From: an uncultured Eubacteriales bacterium
GTDB taxonomy: Bacteria > Bacillota > Clostridia > Oscillospirales > Acutalibacteraceae
Assembly: GCA_948527295.1 (NCBI GenBank)
Contig: CAOSWK010000002.1
Location: 72,416-136,415 of the forward strand
DNA: 64,000 nt
Direction of reading: 5' to 3'
The notes beneath the pieces are model-generated. The model was given only the letters and a program-made list of their open reading frames with translations. It searched no databases and was not told the DNA's origin. This document shows positions 1-9,010 of this stretch, in pieces. Made by a program: the position numbers and the translations under genes. Every line of letters starts with the position of its first letter. The stretch's first letter is position 1.

Positions 1-68
1 GCACAATATTTGTACATAATTATCAACTGTTTTCGTGTATACCTTTTTCCCTTCCATACTTCTTTTTG

Positions 69-97
69 TTGACATTTTGCACGTTTCAAATTATCAT
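69..97 (+). promoter_or_regulatory. SigA-type promoter candidate upstream of potABCD
   Basis: TTGACA (69-74), 17-nt spacer, TATCAT (92-97), about 55 nt upstream of the potA start. Confidence 0.4.
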
Positions 98-152
98 TTT
101 ATTTGTGCTAAAATTTTAGCGATTAAAAGGGTTTTAAAGGAGATATTTTGGG

Positions 153-1307
153 TTGGAAAAAGATGTGATAATCTCATTAAAAAATATTACTGTTTCTTTT
201 AATGGAAATACCGTTTTGAAGAATTTTAACCTTAATATAAAAAATGGCGATTTCGTTACTTTGCTGGGCTCTTCTGGCTGCGGAAAAACCACGATTTTGC
301 GCATAATCGGTGGGTTTGTTCAGCCCGATAGTGGCGAGGTTTTTTTTGCTGGCAAAAATGTTACAAAGCTGCCGGCCCATAAACGTACTGTTAACACGAT
401 ATTTCAGAATTACGCTCTTTTCCCCCATTTGAATGTATATGAGAACATCGCCTTTGGTATGCGGGTTCAGAAGAAGCCGGAGTCTCAGATACGCTCTGAG
501 GTTGCTAAGATGCTTAAAATGGTGAGCCTTTCTGGGTTTGAAAATCGAAATATTGCAAATTTATCCGGAGGTCAGCAGCAGCGCGTCGCCATCGCTCGGG
601 CGCTTGTAAATAATCCTAAGGTACTTTTGCTGGACGAACCTTTGGGGGCTCTTGACTTGAAGTTGCGCAAGGATATGCAGACCGAACTCAAAAAAATTCA
701 GCAAAAAATGGGCATCACTTTCGTTTTCGTCACGCATGATCAAGAGGAGGCGCTCTCTATGTCCGACACGGTTGTGGTTATGGACAGTGGTCAAATTCAG
801 CAAATTGGTTCACCTCAGGATATCTACAATGAGCCGAAAAACGCTTTTGTTGCGGACTTCATTGGCGAGAGTAACATTATCGACGGCATCATGCACGAGG
901 ATTACGTTGTGGAGTTTGCTGGCAGGAAGTTTGACTGCCTTGATGCTGGCTTTTTGAAAAAAGAGAATGTTGATGTTGTGATTCGGCCAGAGGATATTGA
1001 GGTTACCTCGCCAGAGGATGGCCATATTTCGGGCACAGTTACTTCGGTCACGTTTATTGGCGTGCATTATGAGATCATTGTGGACATAGACGGCTTTAAA
1101 TGGATGATTCAGTCCACCGATAGCCAAAATCCGGGCGATGTTATTGGGCTTTTGCTGCAACCGGATGACATTCACATCATGAAAAAGTCGGAGCATTCTG
1201 GCGAGTATGGCGATTACAGCGCCTTTAGTGACGAAATGTACGAGGTTTACGAGGAAAATTCGCCGGATGATGGCATCACTAAGGCTGGTGATAAAAATGA
1301 AGGTTAA
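153..1307 (+). CDS. potA: Spermidine/putrescine ABC transporter ATP-binding protein
   Basis: Walker [13 protein letters not shown] signature LSGGQQQRV, Walker B LLLDEP, C-terminal TOBE-like extension. First gene of a potABCD-ordered operon. TTG start after AAAGGAG. Confidence 0.9.
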   Translation: MEKDVIISLKNITVSFNGNTVLKNFNLNIKNGDFVTLLGSSGCGKTTILRIIGGFVQPDSGEVFFAGKNVTKLPAHKRTVNTIFQNYALFPHLNVYENIAFGMRVQKKPESQIRSEVAKMLKMVSLSGFENRNIANLSGGQQQRVAIARALVNNPKVLLLDEPLGALDLKLRKDMQTELKKIQQKMGITFVFVTHDQEEALSMSDTVVVMDSGQIQQIGSPQDIYNEPKNAFVADFIGESNIIDGIMHEDYVVEFAGRKFDCLDAGFLKKENVDVVIRPEDIEVTSPEDGHISGTVTSVTFIGVHYEIIVDIDGFKWMIQSTDSQNPGDVIGLLLQPDDIHIMKKSEHSGEYGDYSAFSDEMYEVYEENSPDDGITKAGDKNEG

Positions 1308-2121
1308 GGCTTTGTCGCTGCCCTATATCGTTTGGATGGCGATATTTACGCTTGTGCCGATGCTTTTGGTTTTGGTTTTCGCTTTTACCGATAAAACCTG
1401 GAACTTCACTGTTGAAAATATTATTAACGTGGGCTATTATTCGAATATCTTTTTGCGCTCGATTGGGCTGGGGGCTCTTTCTACCGCCATTTGCCTTCTT
1501 TTGGGGTACCCGCTTGCTTATATTATTGCTAAAGTCCCCGCCAAAAAGCAGGGCATCGTCGTTATGCTCATTATGCTGCCCATGTGGATGAACTTTTTGC
1601 TCCGGACTTACGCTTGGATGACTATTCTTGAGAATAACGGGCTTTTGAATAAGGTTCTCTCTTTTTTGGGAGTTTCGCATCCTGTTTCTTTTATAAACAC
1701 TTCGGGGGCCGTGGCTTTGGGGATGGTTTACAATTTTCTGCCGTATATGATTTTGCCGATTTACTCTGCTATTTCTAAAATAGACAAAAAAATTATCGAG
1801 GCGGCACAAGACCTAGGCGCTGGCAGAAGAAAAGTCTTTTTTAGGGTTTTGTTGCCTCTCAGTTTGCCGGGAGTTATCTCTGGCGTCACTATGGTTTTTG
1901 TGCCGGCCGTTAGCACTTTTATTATCTCTAAAATGCTGGGCGGCGGTGCGCACATTTTGGTTGGCGATCTTATCGAGATGCAATTTTTGGGCAGCACATA
2001 TAACCCGCACCTGGGGGCGGCTATTTCTTTTGTTTTGATGATTCTGATTTTCATCTCTATTGGGATTATGAACCAGTTTGACGACTCGGATGAACTTTCT
2101 GTACCGGCGGCGTACCGCTAG
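1297..2121 (+). CDS. potB: Spermidine/putrescine ABC transporter permease
   Basis: Multi-TM permease with EAA loop ([20 protein letters not shown]). Start trimmed to ATG 1297 ([13 protein letters not shown]), which overlaps the potA end. The upstream part of the track ORF lies inside potA. Confidence 0.85.
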   Translation: MKVKALSLPYIVWMAIFTLVPMLLVLVFAFTDKTWNFTVENIINVGYYSNIFLRSIGLGALSTAICLLLGYPLAYIIAKVPAKKQGIVVMLIMLPMWMNFLLRTYAWMTILENNGLLNKVLSFLGVSHPVSFINTSGAVALGMVYNFLPYMILPIYSAISKIDKKIIEAAQDLGAGRRKVFFRVLLPLSLPGVISGVTMVFVPAVSTFIISKMLGGGAHILVGDLIEMQFLGSTYNPHLGAAISFVLMILIFISIGIMNQFDDSDELSVPAAYR

Positions 2122-2152
2122 AAAATCGATTTTTGCTAAAGGAGGGTGCACA

Positions 2153-2968
2153 TTGAAATCACTGGTAAACTCGAGGTCTAAATTGATATCTAAGCTGTAC
2201 ATGTGGCTTATTTTCTTCTTTTTGTATGCTCCGCTTGTCGTGCTCATCGTCTTCTCGTTCAATGAATCCAAGAGCCGCAACGTTTGGACGGGGTTTTCTT
2301 TAAAGTGGTATGCAAAATTATTTGCCGATAAAGAAATTCTGCGCGCCCTATTTAATACTATAATCGTAGCGGTTGTCGCTTCGTTTTTGGCCACCGTTAT
2401 TGGGACTATTGCTTGTTTTGGCATCTTAAAGATGAAGCGCTGGGCCAAGCGCTCTGTTATGAATGTGAATAACTTGCCGATTGTTAATCCGGAGATTGTT
2501 ACGGGCGTCTCTTTGATGCTGCTTTTCGTGTTTGCTTATAAGAATTTCGGGATATTTCGGCCCGGCATCGTCACTTTGATTTTTGCCCATACCACCTTTT
2601 GTTTGCCGTATGTTGTGCTCTCTGTTTTGCCAAAACTGCGCCAGATTAGCCCTTATTTATACGAGGCGGCTCAAGACTTGGGCTGCACTCCCGCTCGTGC
2701 ATTTTTTAAGGTTATTTTGCCGGACATCTTCCCCGGCATCGTCACGGGGTTTATTATGGCTTTTACCCTTTCGCTCGACGACTTTGTAATCAGCTATTTT
2801 ACCAGCGGCGCCACTCAAACGCTGCCCATTGCGATATACTCTATGACTCGAAAGATCGTCAGCCCCGAGATAAACGCGCTTTCGACGATATTATTCGCGG
2901 TTGTTCTCTTGCTTCTGATTGCCATAAACTTGCGCCAGATTAAGGACGAGAGTAAGAATCGCAACTAG
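2153..2968 (+). CDS. potC: Spermidine/putrescine ABC transporter permease
   Basis: EAA loop EAAQDLGCTPARAFFKVILP, six predicted TM segments. TTG 2153 follows AAAGGAGGG by about 6 nt. Confidence 0.85.
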   Translation: MKSLVNSRSKLISKLYMWLIFFFLYAPLVVLIVFSFNESKSRNVWTGFSLKWYAKLFADKEILRALFNTIIVAVVASFLATVIGTIACFGILKMKRWAKRSVMNVNNLPIVNPEIVTGVSLMLLFVFAYKNFGIFRPGIVTLIFAHTTFCLPYVVLSVLPKLRQISPYLYEAAQDLGCTPARAFFKVILPDIFPGIVTGFIMAFTLSLDDFVISYFTSGATQTLPIAIYSMTRKIVSPEINALSTILFAVVLLLLIAINLRQIKDESKNRN

Positions 2969-2998
2969 GCTGTTGATATTATTTAGATTTTAAGGAAT

Positions 2999-4204
2999 TT
3001 GGGTGAGAAAATATTGAAAAAAAAGTCCAGGTTAATTTTGGCCGCTGTTATCCTCTTTTTCGCCGCTGCGTCTGCATTTTTAGCGTGCGTCGCCATATGC
3101 AAAAATAGCCGCAAGCCCGCTGTTACTATTAATGTGTACAACTGGGGTGAGTATATCTCTGACGGCACGGACGGTAGCTTAAATGTTAATGAGGAATTTA
3201 CCCGGCGGACGGGGATTCATGTGAATTACAGTACTTTTTCTAGCAATGAAGCGCTTTTTGCGAAGCTGCAAAACGGCGGCACCAAGTATGACGTGATTAT
3301 TCCCTCCGACTACATGATTTCTAAGATGATTGCTTTGGGGATGCTTCAAAAGCTCAATTTTGATGCGATTCCTAACTTTTCGTACATTGATGATTCCTTT
3401 CGTGGCCTTGAATACGACCCTACAAACGAGTATTCTGTGCCCTACACTTGGGGCACGGTCGGGATTTTTTATAATAAAAAACTTGTCTTAGAGCCGGAAG
3501 ACAAGATAACCTGGGACATTTTGTGGGACCCTAAATACGCCGGGAAAATCCTGATATTTGATAATCCTCGCGATGCATTTGCAATCTCTCAGTTTAGGCT
3601 CGGGATCCCATTGAACTCCAAAAATAAAGAGGATTGGCTTTCGGCTGCCAAAGAATTGAAATCGCAGCAGCCGCTTGTGCAGGCCTATGTTATGGATCAA
3701 ATTTTTGACAAAATGGCGAACAATGAGGCCGCGCTGGCACCTTATTATAACGGCGACGCCGCGCTTTTGACGCAAAAAAACAAGGATATTGGCTTCGTTA
3801 TCCCAAAAGAAGGCACCAATCGTTTTGTTGACGCCATGTGTATCCCGAAAAACTCGGAGCATTTCGATGAGGCCTTGGCTTACATAAATTTTATGTGCGA
3901 CCCTGCCGTTGCAACCGAAAACATCAAGCACATCGGCTATTCTTCGCCTGAAACAGCGGTTAAAAATCGGCTTGACCCTGAAGTTGCCAGCAGCAAAATC
4001 TGCTACCCGGATGACTCCACCTTAAAAAACACCCAGGTTTTTACCTATCTGCCAGACGACATCAACTCGCTTATCGATTCGCTCTGGATCAACATAAAGA
4101 CCGGCGAACAAAAAGATCCGTTCGGTCTGGTCGCCGTTCTAATCGGGTTTATCGTGGTTTATTTGGTTGTGCTCTTTATTAAAAAGAGGAAGCTTAACCC
4201 TTAA
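2999..4204 (+). CDS. potD: Spermidine/putrescine-binding protein (PotD/PotF family) with hydrophobic segments at both termini
   Basis: NVYNWGEYI and a type-2 periplasmic binding-fold pattern. Last gene of the pot operon. N-terminal hydrophobic anchor/signal and a C-terminal TM-like helix (FGLVAVLIGFIVVYLVVLFIKKRK). Confidence 0.8.
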   Translation: MGEKILKKKSRLILAAVILFFAAASAFLACVAICKNSRKPAVTINVYNWGEYISDGTDGSLNVNEEFTRRTGIHVNYSTFSSNEALFAKLQNGGTKYDVIIPSDYMISKMIALGMLQKLNFDAIPNFSYIDDSFRGLEYDPTNEYSVPYTWGTVGIFYNKKLVLEPEDKITWDILWDPKYAGKILIFDNPRDAFAISQFRLGIPLNSKNKEDWLSAAKELKSQQPLVQAYVMDQIFDKMANNEAALAPYYNGDAALLTQKNKDIGFVIPKEGTNRFVDAMCIPKNSEHFDEALAYINFMCDPAVATENIKHIGYSSPETAVKNRLDPEVASSKICYPDDSTLKNTQVFTYLPDDINSLIDSLWINIKTGEQKDPFGLVAVLIGFIVVYLVVLFIKKRKLNP

Positions 4205-4242
4205 ACCGCGTTTCACAATTCGACAAATTTCTTCAAAAATAC

Positions 4243-4270
4243 TTGCGCCGCTTCAAAAACATGATATAAT
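4243..4270 (+). promoter_or_regulatory. SigA-type promoter candidate for the cohesin-like gene
   Basis: TTGCGC (4243-4248), 16-nt spacer, extended -10 TGATATAAT (TATAAT 4265-4270). Confidence 0.4.
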
Positions 4271-4294
4271 TTTAACAGATTAAAATAAAATGGG

Positions 4295-5356
4295 TTGATA
4301 AATTTGTTGAGATGCTTTAAATTTATATCGTGTTTTTGTCTTTGTTGCGCGTTTGTTTTCTCGATTAATCGCGCTAATTCGACTTTTGCTTACAGCGACG
4401 ATGCCCTTGCCATCTCCCTTGCTTGCGACAATCCTTATCCGGTTAGTGGCGAAGAAATCACGCTCCGTCTGAATTTTCTGCCCTCCGCGCCCATTAATGT
4501 CTCGGCCTATCGCCTAAAAGTCAAGTTCGATAGCTCGAAGTTGTCGTACAAAGGCCTCTACTCCTACATAAACAATGACGATTTTAAAAGCTACAGAAAA
4601 GATGGCGACTTGACCGTTTTGTTTGTGACTTCTGAAAACGGCATTAATCTTAAGGCTGGCAGCGCTCAGACTATGCTTGAGCTGAATTTTAAAGTTTTAT
4701 CCAACTGCGATATCGGGCCTTTGGAGGTCTCTGCCGTTGTTGACGGCCTCTGCGATTATGATGCGGAAGCGATTCCTTTGCCAAATATCGATCCGATTGA
4801 AATTAATGTAGTTCAGACCGGCGACGCCAACTGTGACCTCGCGACTCTTTCTCTTGCTGATTATGCGATAACGCCGGCCTTTTCCGCCGATATTACCACC
4901 TACTCTGTTGACGTACCGTACTCTAAGAGCACCATAGAGTTTAGCGCTGCTCCGCTGGACGACACCGCCAATGTCAAAGCCAACCGCAAGACATTAAAAA
5001 GCGCTGGTACGGCCACGGACGTTAACTTGACGGTTACCTCTGCCGATAAGAAATCAAAAAAAGTTTATACAGTTAAGGTGAATCGGCTTAGCAAAGAGGA
5101 CTCCACTCCGGCCAACTTGAAAAGTTTGCCTACTGACGGCAACTTTGACCTTTCCACCAATAGTATCGGTATCGGCAGCCTTGATGACAGCGAAATCCCC
5201 GATGAATCCGTTGCTCAAAATAATGCTTTTGCCCTTCAGCAGGCGTCGGCGCCGCTAGTTGTTAAAGAAAGTGCTTTTAACGTCATTTTGTTTGCGGCCG
5301 TGTCCATAGTTTTTATCGGCATTTCTATTTTCATTATAAAGCGCAAAGCCCAATAA
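4295..5356 (+). CDS. Membrane-anchored surface protein: signal peptide, cohesin-like module, cadherin-like beta-sandwich domain, C-terminal TM helix
   Basis: The ~140-aa N-terminal module has a cohesin-like pattern (ITLRLNF...YRLKVKFDSSKLSYKG...LELNFKVL). CDLATLSLADYAITPAFSADITTYSVDVPY..IEFSAAP matches the Cadherin-like (PF12733-type) pattern. C-terminal FNVILFAAVSIVFIGISIFIIKRK. The exact start is uncertain (TTG 4295, no clear SD). Confidence 0.6.
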   Translation: MINLLRCFKFISCFCLCCAFVFSINRANSTFAYSDDALAISLACDNPYPVSGEEITLRLNFLPSAPINVSAYRLKVKFDSSKLSYKGLYSYINNDDFKSYRKDGDLTVLFVTSENGINLKAGSAQTMLELNFKVLSNCDIGPLEVSAVVDGLCDYDAEAIPLPNIDPIEINVVQTGDANCDLATLSLADYAITPAFSADITTYSVDVPYSKSTIEFSAAPLDDTANVKANRKTLKSAGTATDVNLTVTSADKKSKKVYTVKVNRLSKEDSTPANLKSLPTDGNFDLSTNSIGIGSLDDSEIPDESVAQNNAFALQQASAPLVVKESAFNVILFAAVSIVFIGISIFIIKRKAQ

Positions 5357-5391
5357 ACCCGGATTATCTCGAAAAATCTTGCAAAAAGCTA

Positions 5392-5430
5392 AGCTAGCAC
5401 GGGCTTTATCGTGCTAGCTTTTTGTTTTGT
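5392..5430 (+). terminator. Rho-independent terminator
   Basis: Perfect 10-bp stem AGCTAGCACG (5392-5401) / CGTGCTAGCT (5410-5419), 8-nt loop, followed by TTTTGTTTTGTTTTT. Confidence 0.8.
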
Positions 5431-5503
5431 TTTTATTTATTTTTAGCCGATTAATAATTTCAAAAACGTTGATAATACTAAGTTTAGCGGAGGAGGGATC
5501 CCT

Positions 5504-5866
5504 TTGAACAGCGGCTTGGCTAAAAAGTTATACCCTATTTTGGCGGTGTTCGCCGGAATAATCAGCGGTCTCTTGGGGGCTGGCGGCGGAATGCTGATTG
5601 TTCCTATATTGAAAAAATATGGCCTCGACCAACGCTCTACCCACGCCACTTCTGTTTGCATCATCCTGCCAATATGCCTCTTGAGCGCCATTGTCTACCT
5701 CATAAAAGGCAACGTCACCCTCTTCGACACGTTGCCGTATCTGCCTTTTAGCGTTTTGGGCGCGATTATCGGCTCTTTAATTTTGGCCAAAATTAACCAA
5801 GATCTTTTGCGCAAACTTTTTGGCGGATTCATGATTTGGGCAGCGATTCAGCTGCTTTTAAGATGA
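5504..5866 (+). CDS. TSUP/TauE-SafE family half-size (4-TM) membrane protein, part 1
   Basis: Gly-rich TSUP-type motif GLLGAGGGMLIVPIL, about 4 TM segments. TTG start 5-6 nt after GGAGGAGGG. Confidence 0.7.
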   Translation: MNSGLAKKLYPILAVFAGIISGLLGAGGGMLIVPILKKYGLDQRSTHATSVCIILPICLLSAIVYLIKGNVTLFDTLPYLPFSVLGAIIGSLILAKINQDLLRKLFGGFMIWAAIQLLLR

Positions 5867-6219
5867 ACTGGGTAATGGCCGCCATAGCCGGTACACTGTC
5901 TGCCATAATCGGCGCGATGGGGCTTGGCGGCGGCGGCGTTCTGCTAATTTACTTCAACCTATTCACGCAAACGCCTCAAACGCTGGCCCAAGGCATCAAC
6001 CTGCTTTTTTTCATCCCGTCCGCCATCGTCGCCATCATAATTTACATCAAGAAAGGGCTTGTAAACTTTAAGCTCGCCGTAATTTTTTCTCTGCTCGGCC
6101 TGGTTGGCGCTTTGGCAGGGGCTTACCTAGCCTGCTTCATCGAGAGCCGCGTTCTTTCAAAATTGTTCGCAATTCTTCTTTTAATCATGGGAGCCCTGCA
6201 ATTTAGGAAGAAAGCTTGA
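5863..6219 (+). CDS. TSUP/TauE-SafE family half-size (4-TM) membrane protein, part 2
   Basis: Motif GAMGLGGGGVLLIY, about 4 TM segments. ATG 5863 overlaps the TGA of part 1 (ATGA), consistent with translational coupling. Confidence 0.7.
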   Translation: MNWVMAAIAGTLSAIIGAMGLGGGGVLLIYFNLFTQTPQTLAQGINLLFFIPSAIVAIIIYIKKGLVNFKLAVIFSLLGLVGALAGAYLACFIESRVLSKLFAILLLIMGALQFRKKA

Positions 6220-6231
6220 ATCTCCCGCTTT

Positions 6232-8217
6232 TTAATGGCTAACCGTAGCAGAATTTCTGTCATTAAAATTATACCTCTCGACCAGGCGCACCGTCTCTTG
6301 GCTAAAGTTGAGCTCATAGACTCGGTATTTCTGGTTATCCAAATTCACAACCACGCTCTTTGCCTCTCCAGAGCCCTTTATCGAGAAAGAATAATTCGAA
6401 TTATACGCCGGGACAACAGTCTTAGAGTTTCCAGCGTCCATAACGCCGTTTACATAGACCTTCATGCTCACTTCCCTGCTTACGCTCGACGGCAAATCAA
6501 CGTTAATTTTCAGCGTCCGTTCCTGCGATTCTCCAGAGCTAACCGTCAAAGTAACCGCCGTACCTTCGTTTATCTCAACCCCAGGCAATGGATCCGTCGA
6601 AATCACGGTATCCTTAGGCTTGGAGCTTTTTTCTTTAACCACATTCTCCGAGACTTTGAGCCCCTTCTCAGAAATCAGCTTTGCAGCCTCAGTCAAACTC
6701 TTGTTTATCACGTCCGGCACAGCGACCTTCTTCTCGGCCGGCCCCTTGCTCACAAGGATCCTAACCATGCTGTTCACAACAACTTCCGTGCCCTCTTTGG
6801 GGTCCGTCCCCTTCACGATCCCCTCGGCAGTTTCGCTGTCTTCAACCGTTAAAACCTCGTAAACCAAGCCAGCATCCTTAATTTTAGCCTTTGCCGCATC
6901 AAGAGTCAGCCCGCGCAGAACCGGGATAGATACCAAAGAGCCCGAACTATTCACCGTCAGCGTTATCTTCGAGTTCTCCTTCACTCTCTTCGAGCCAGCT
7001 TTCGGGTCCTGATCAATTATAACCCCCTCCGGCTTGTTGGCGTCATAGGCCTGCTCAATATTCCACGTGAACTTATAATTGCTGTTGTCCACCACGTCCG
7101 TAACCTTCATGCCCAAAAAGTTCGGCACGTCAATGTCCTTGTTGCCAAATCCAAACCAGCCAGAGACCATTCCAAGCCCCATCACAACAAGAAAAATGAC
7201 AAGCGCAATTCCAACACCAATCAAAATATTTATAGCCTTCGAGCGTTTCTCCAAAGTCTCCTGCTCCTCGCGATATGTATAGCCGTCAGCATAGCTAGCG
7301 CCAGACTTGTTCTCCTTAATATTATTAATCGCGTCCAGATACTTCGTGGGCGCATCGTCGTTAAAGTATTTATATTCAAAACGAATACTCGGATTCTTCC
7401 TAAAAGCCTCGATAGATTGCAGCATTTCGGCCGCAGAGCTATATCTGTTCTCGGCATTTTTTTGCATAGCCTTCAAGACGATATCCTCCAGCCCCTCTGG
7501 GATCTCAGGATTAATCTCTCTTAGTCTCTTCGGTTCAGACTGCATCTGCATAATAGCCACCGAAACTGCATTGTCAGCTTCAAAAGGCAGACGTCCGGTC
7601 AGCATCTCGTACATCATAACGCCAACAGAGTATATGTCCGACTTCTCGTCCGTGATGTCCCCGCGCGCTTGCTCCGGCGATATATAATGAACCGAACCAA
7701 TCGCCTTATCCGTCATGGTCCGGGTCTCGTCTCTAGAAAACCGTGCAATGCCAAAGTCCGTTACCTTAATAGTCCCGTCCTTCAAAAGCATAATATTCTG
7801 CGGCTTTATGTCACGGTGCACGATCCCCTTCTCGTGGGCGTGCTCTAAGGCTCTTAAAATCTGGATAGTAAAATAAACAGCATCGCGCCAATTAATCTCG
7901 TGCTGTTTATCAATGTACTCCTTAAGCGTTATTCCGTCGATGTTTTCCATCACAATATACTGAATTTTGTCGCCAAAGCTGACGTCGTAGACCTTCACAA
8001 TATTCGGGTGCGACAAAACCGCAATAGCCTTAGACTCATTCTTAAATCTTCTTATAAAGTCACGATTGCTCAAAAATTCATCCTTCAAAATCTTTATAGC
8101 AACCGTTCTATCGTCAATTATATCATAAGCGCGATACACTCTGGCCATGCCACCGCAGCCAAGCAGCTCATTTATCTCGTACCGGCCATCCAGCCTTTTG
8201 CCCACGTATTTATCCAT
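6232..8217 (-). CDS. prkC: Ser/Thr protein kinase with PASTA repeats
   Basis: Hanks kinase motifs GGMARVYRA, HRDIKPQN, DFGIA, SPEQ. Central TM helix and three PASTA-like repeats. ATG 8217 lies 5-6 nt after AGAGGTGA. Sits downstream of stp as in Firmicutes. Confidence 0.9.
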   Translation of the reverse strand: MDKYVGKRLDGRYEINELLGCGGMARVYRAYDIIDDRTVAIKILKDEFLSNRDFIRRFKNESKAIAVLSHPNIVKVYDVSFGDKIQYIVMENIDGITLKEYIDKQHEINWRDAVYFTIQILRALEHAHEKGIVHRDIKPQNIMLLKDGTIKVTDFGIARFSRDETRTMTDKAIGSVHYISPEQARGDITDEKSDIYSVGVMMYEMLTGRLPFEADNAVSVAIMQMQSEPKRLREINPEIPEGLEDIVLKAMQKNAENRYSSAAEMLQSIEAFRKNPSIRFEYKYFNDDAPTKYLDAINNIKENKSGASYADGYTYREEQETLEKRSKAINILIGVGIALVIFLVVMGLGMVSGWFGFGNKDIDVPNFLGMKVTDVVDNSNYKFTWNIEQAYDANKPEGVIIDQDPKAGSKRVKENSKITLTVNSSGSLVSIPVLRGLTLDAAKAKIKDAGLVYEVLTVEDSETAEGIVKGTDPKEGTEVVVNSMVRILVSKGPAEKKVAVPDVINKSLTEAAKLISEKGLKVSENVVKEKSSKPKDTVISTDPLPGVEINEGTAVTLTVSSGESQERTLKINVDLPSSVSREVSMKVYVNGVMDAGNSKTVVPAYNSNYSFSIKGSGEAKSVVVNLDNQKYRVYELNFSQETVRLVERYNFNDRNSATVSH

Positions 8218-8271
8218 AATTTTCACCTCTATAATATAATCACTAAAAGCCCCAATTATTCGCAGTTTTCG

Positions 8272-9009
8272 TCATTCGCACAAAGCCACAACCGTAATAT
8301 TATCCGCTCCACCGCGTTCATTCGCTGCAGAAATCAAGCCGTCCACAAAAGCTTCTCCCTTTTCTACTTTAAAATAATCCAAAATTTCCTTCTGGTCAAG
8401 ATAATTAGTCAAACCGTCGGTGCAGATTATAACAGCGTCCCCCGGCTTCTTGGTTTTCATAGAATAATCAACATCCACGTCCTTGCTAATCCCAAGCGCG
8501 CGCGTAATTATGTTTTTATTAGGATGCATTTTGGCTTCTTCATGGGTAATTTCGCCCTCATCTATCATTTCTTGCACCATCGAGTGGTCAATTGTAAGCT
8601 GATTAATCTTGCCCTGCCGCACCAAATAAGCCCGGCTGTCACCAACATGGGCCACGTGAATTTTGTCATTAACAACAGCCACCAAAACCGCAGTAGTTCC
8701 CATCCCAGCTAAATTCTTATCGTCTTGGGCATTAGTAAAAATCTCAAGATTAGCCTTTTTTAGTGCGTTTTTTAACATCTTTTTAACATCGCTATTTTGA
8801 ATCTCACCAAGCTCTTCCCAAGTTCCGTTACTCAGCGACTCTTTAATGCTCTTCACCGCCAAATTGCTAGCAACGTCGCCACCATTGACTCCTCCCATAC
8901 CGTCACAAACAACGGCCCACAGCGCACTTTCGTTCACTTTGGCAGAATAAAAGCAGTCCTGATTCGACTTTCTTTTTAAGCCAATGTCGCTTCTCCCAAA
9001 TACTCGCAT
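8272..9009 (-). CDS. stp: PP2C-family Ser/Thr phosphatase
   Basis: VCDGMGG, HVGDSRAY, TDGL, GGADNITV motifs. Immediately upstream of prkC. Confidence 0.9.
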   Translation of the reverse strand: MRVFGRSDIGLKRKSNQDCFYSAKVNESALWAVVCDGMGGVNGGDVASNLAVKSIKESLSNGTWEELGEIQNSDVKKMLKNALKKANLEIFTNAQDDKNLAGMGTTAVLVAVVNDKIHVAHVGDSRAYLVRQGKINQLTIDHSMVQEMIDEGEITHEEAKMHPNKNIITRALGISKDVDVDYSMKTKKPGDAVIICTDGLTNYLDQKEILDYFKVEKGEAFVDGLISAANERGGADNITVVALCE

Positions 9010-9010
9010 A

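Noticed and set aside
1-57. Possible 5' end of a leftward gene (minus-strand ATG at 57-55, MEGKKVYTKTVDNYVQILC..., running off the window edge)
   Set aside because: Only 19 codons are visible and the SD is weak (AGAAG), so the product cannot be identified. It may be real, but this window cannot support it.
1813-2448. 211-aa minus-strand ORF spanning the potB/potC junction
   Set aside because: It is codon-aligned antisense to potB (both phase 1 mod 3), the composition is basic and low-complexity, and it overlaps two permease genes with clear EAA-loop motifs.
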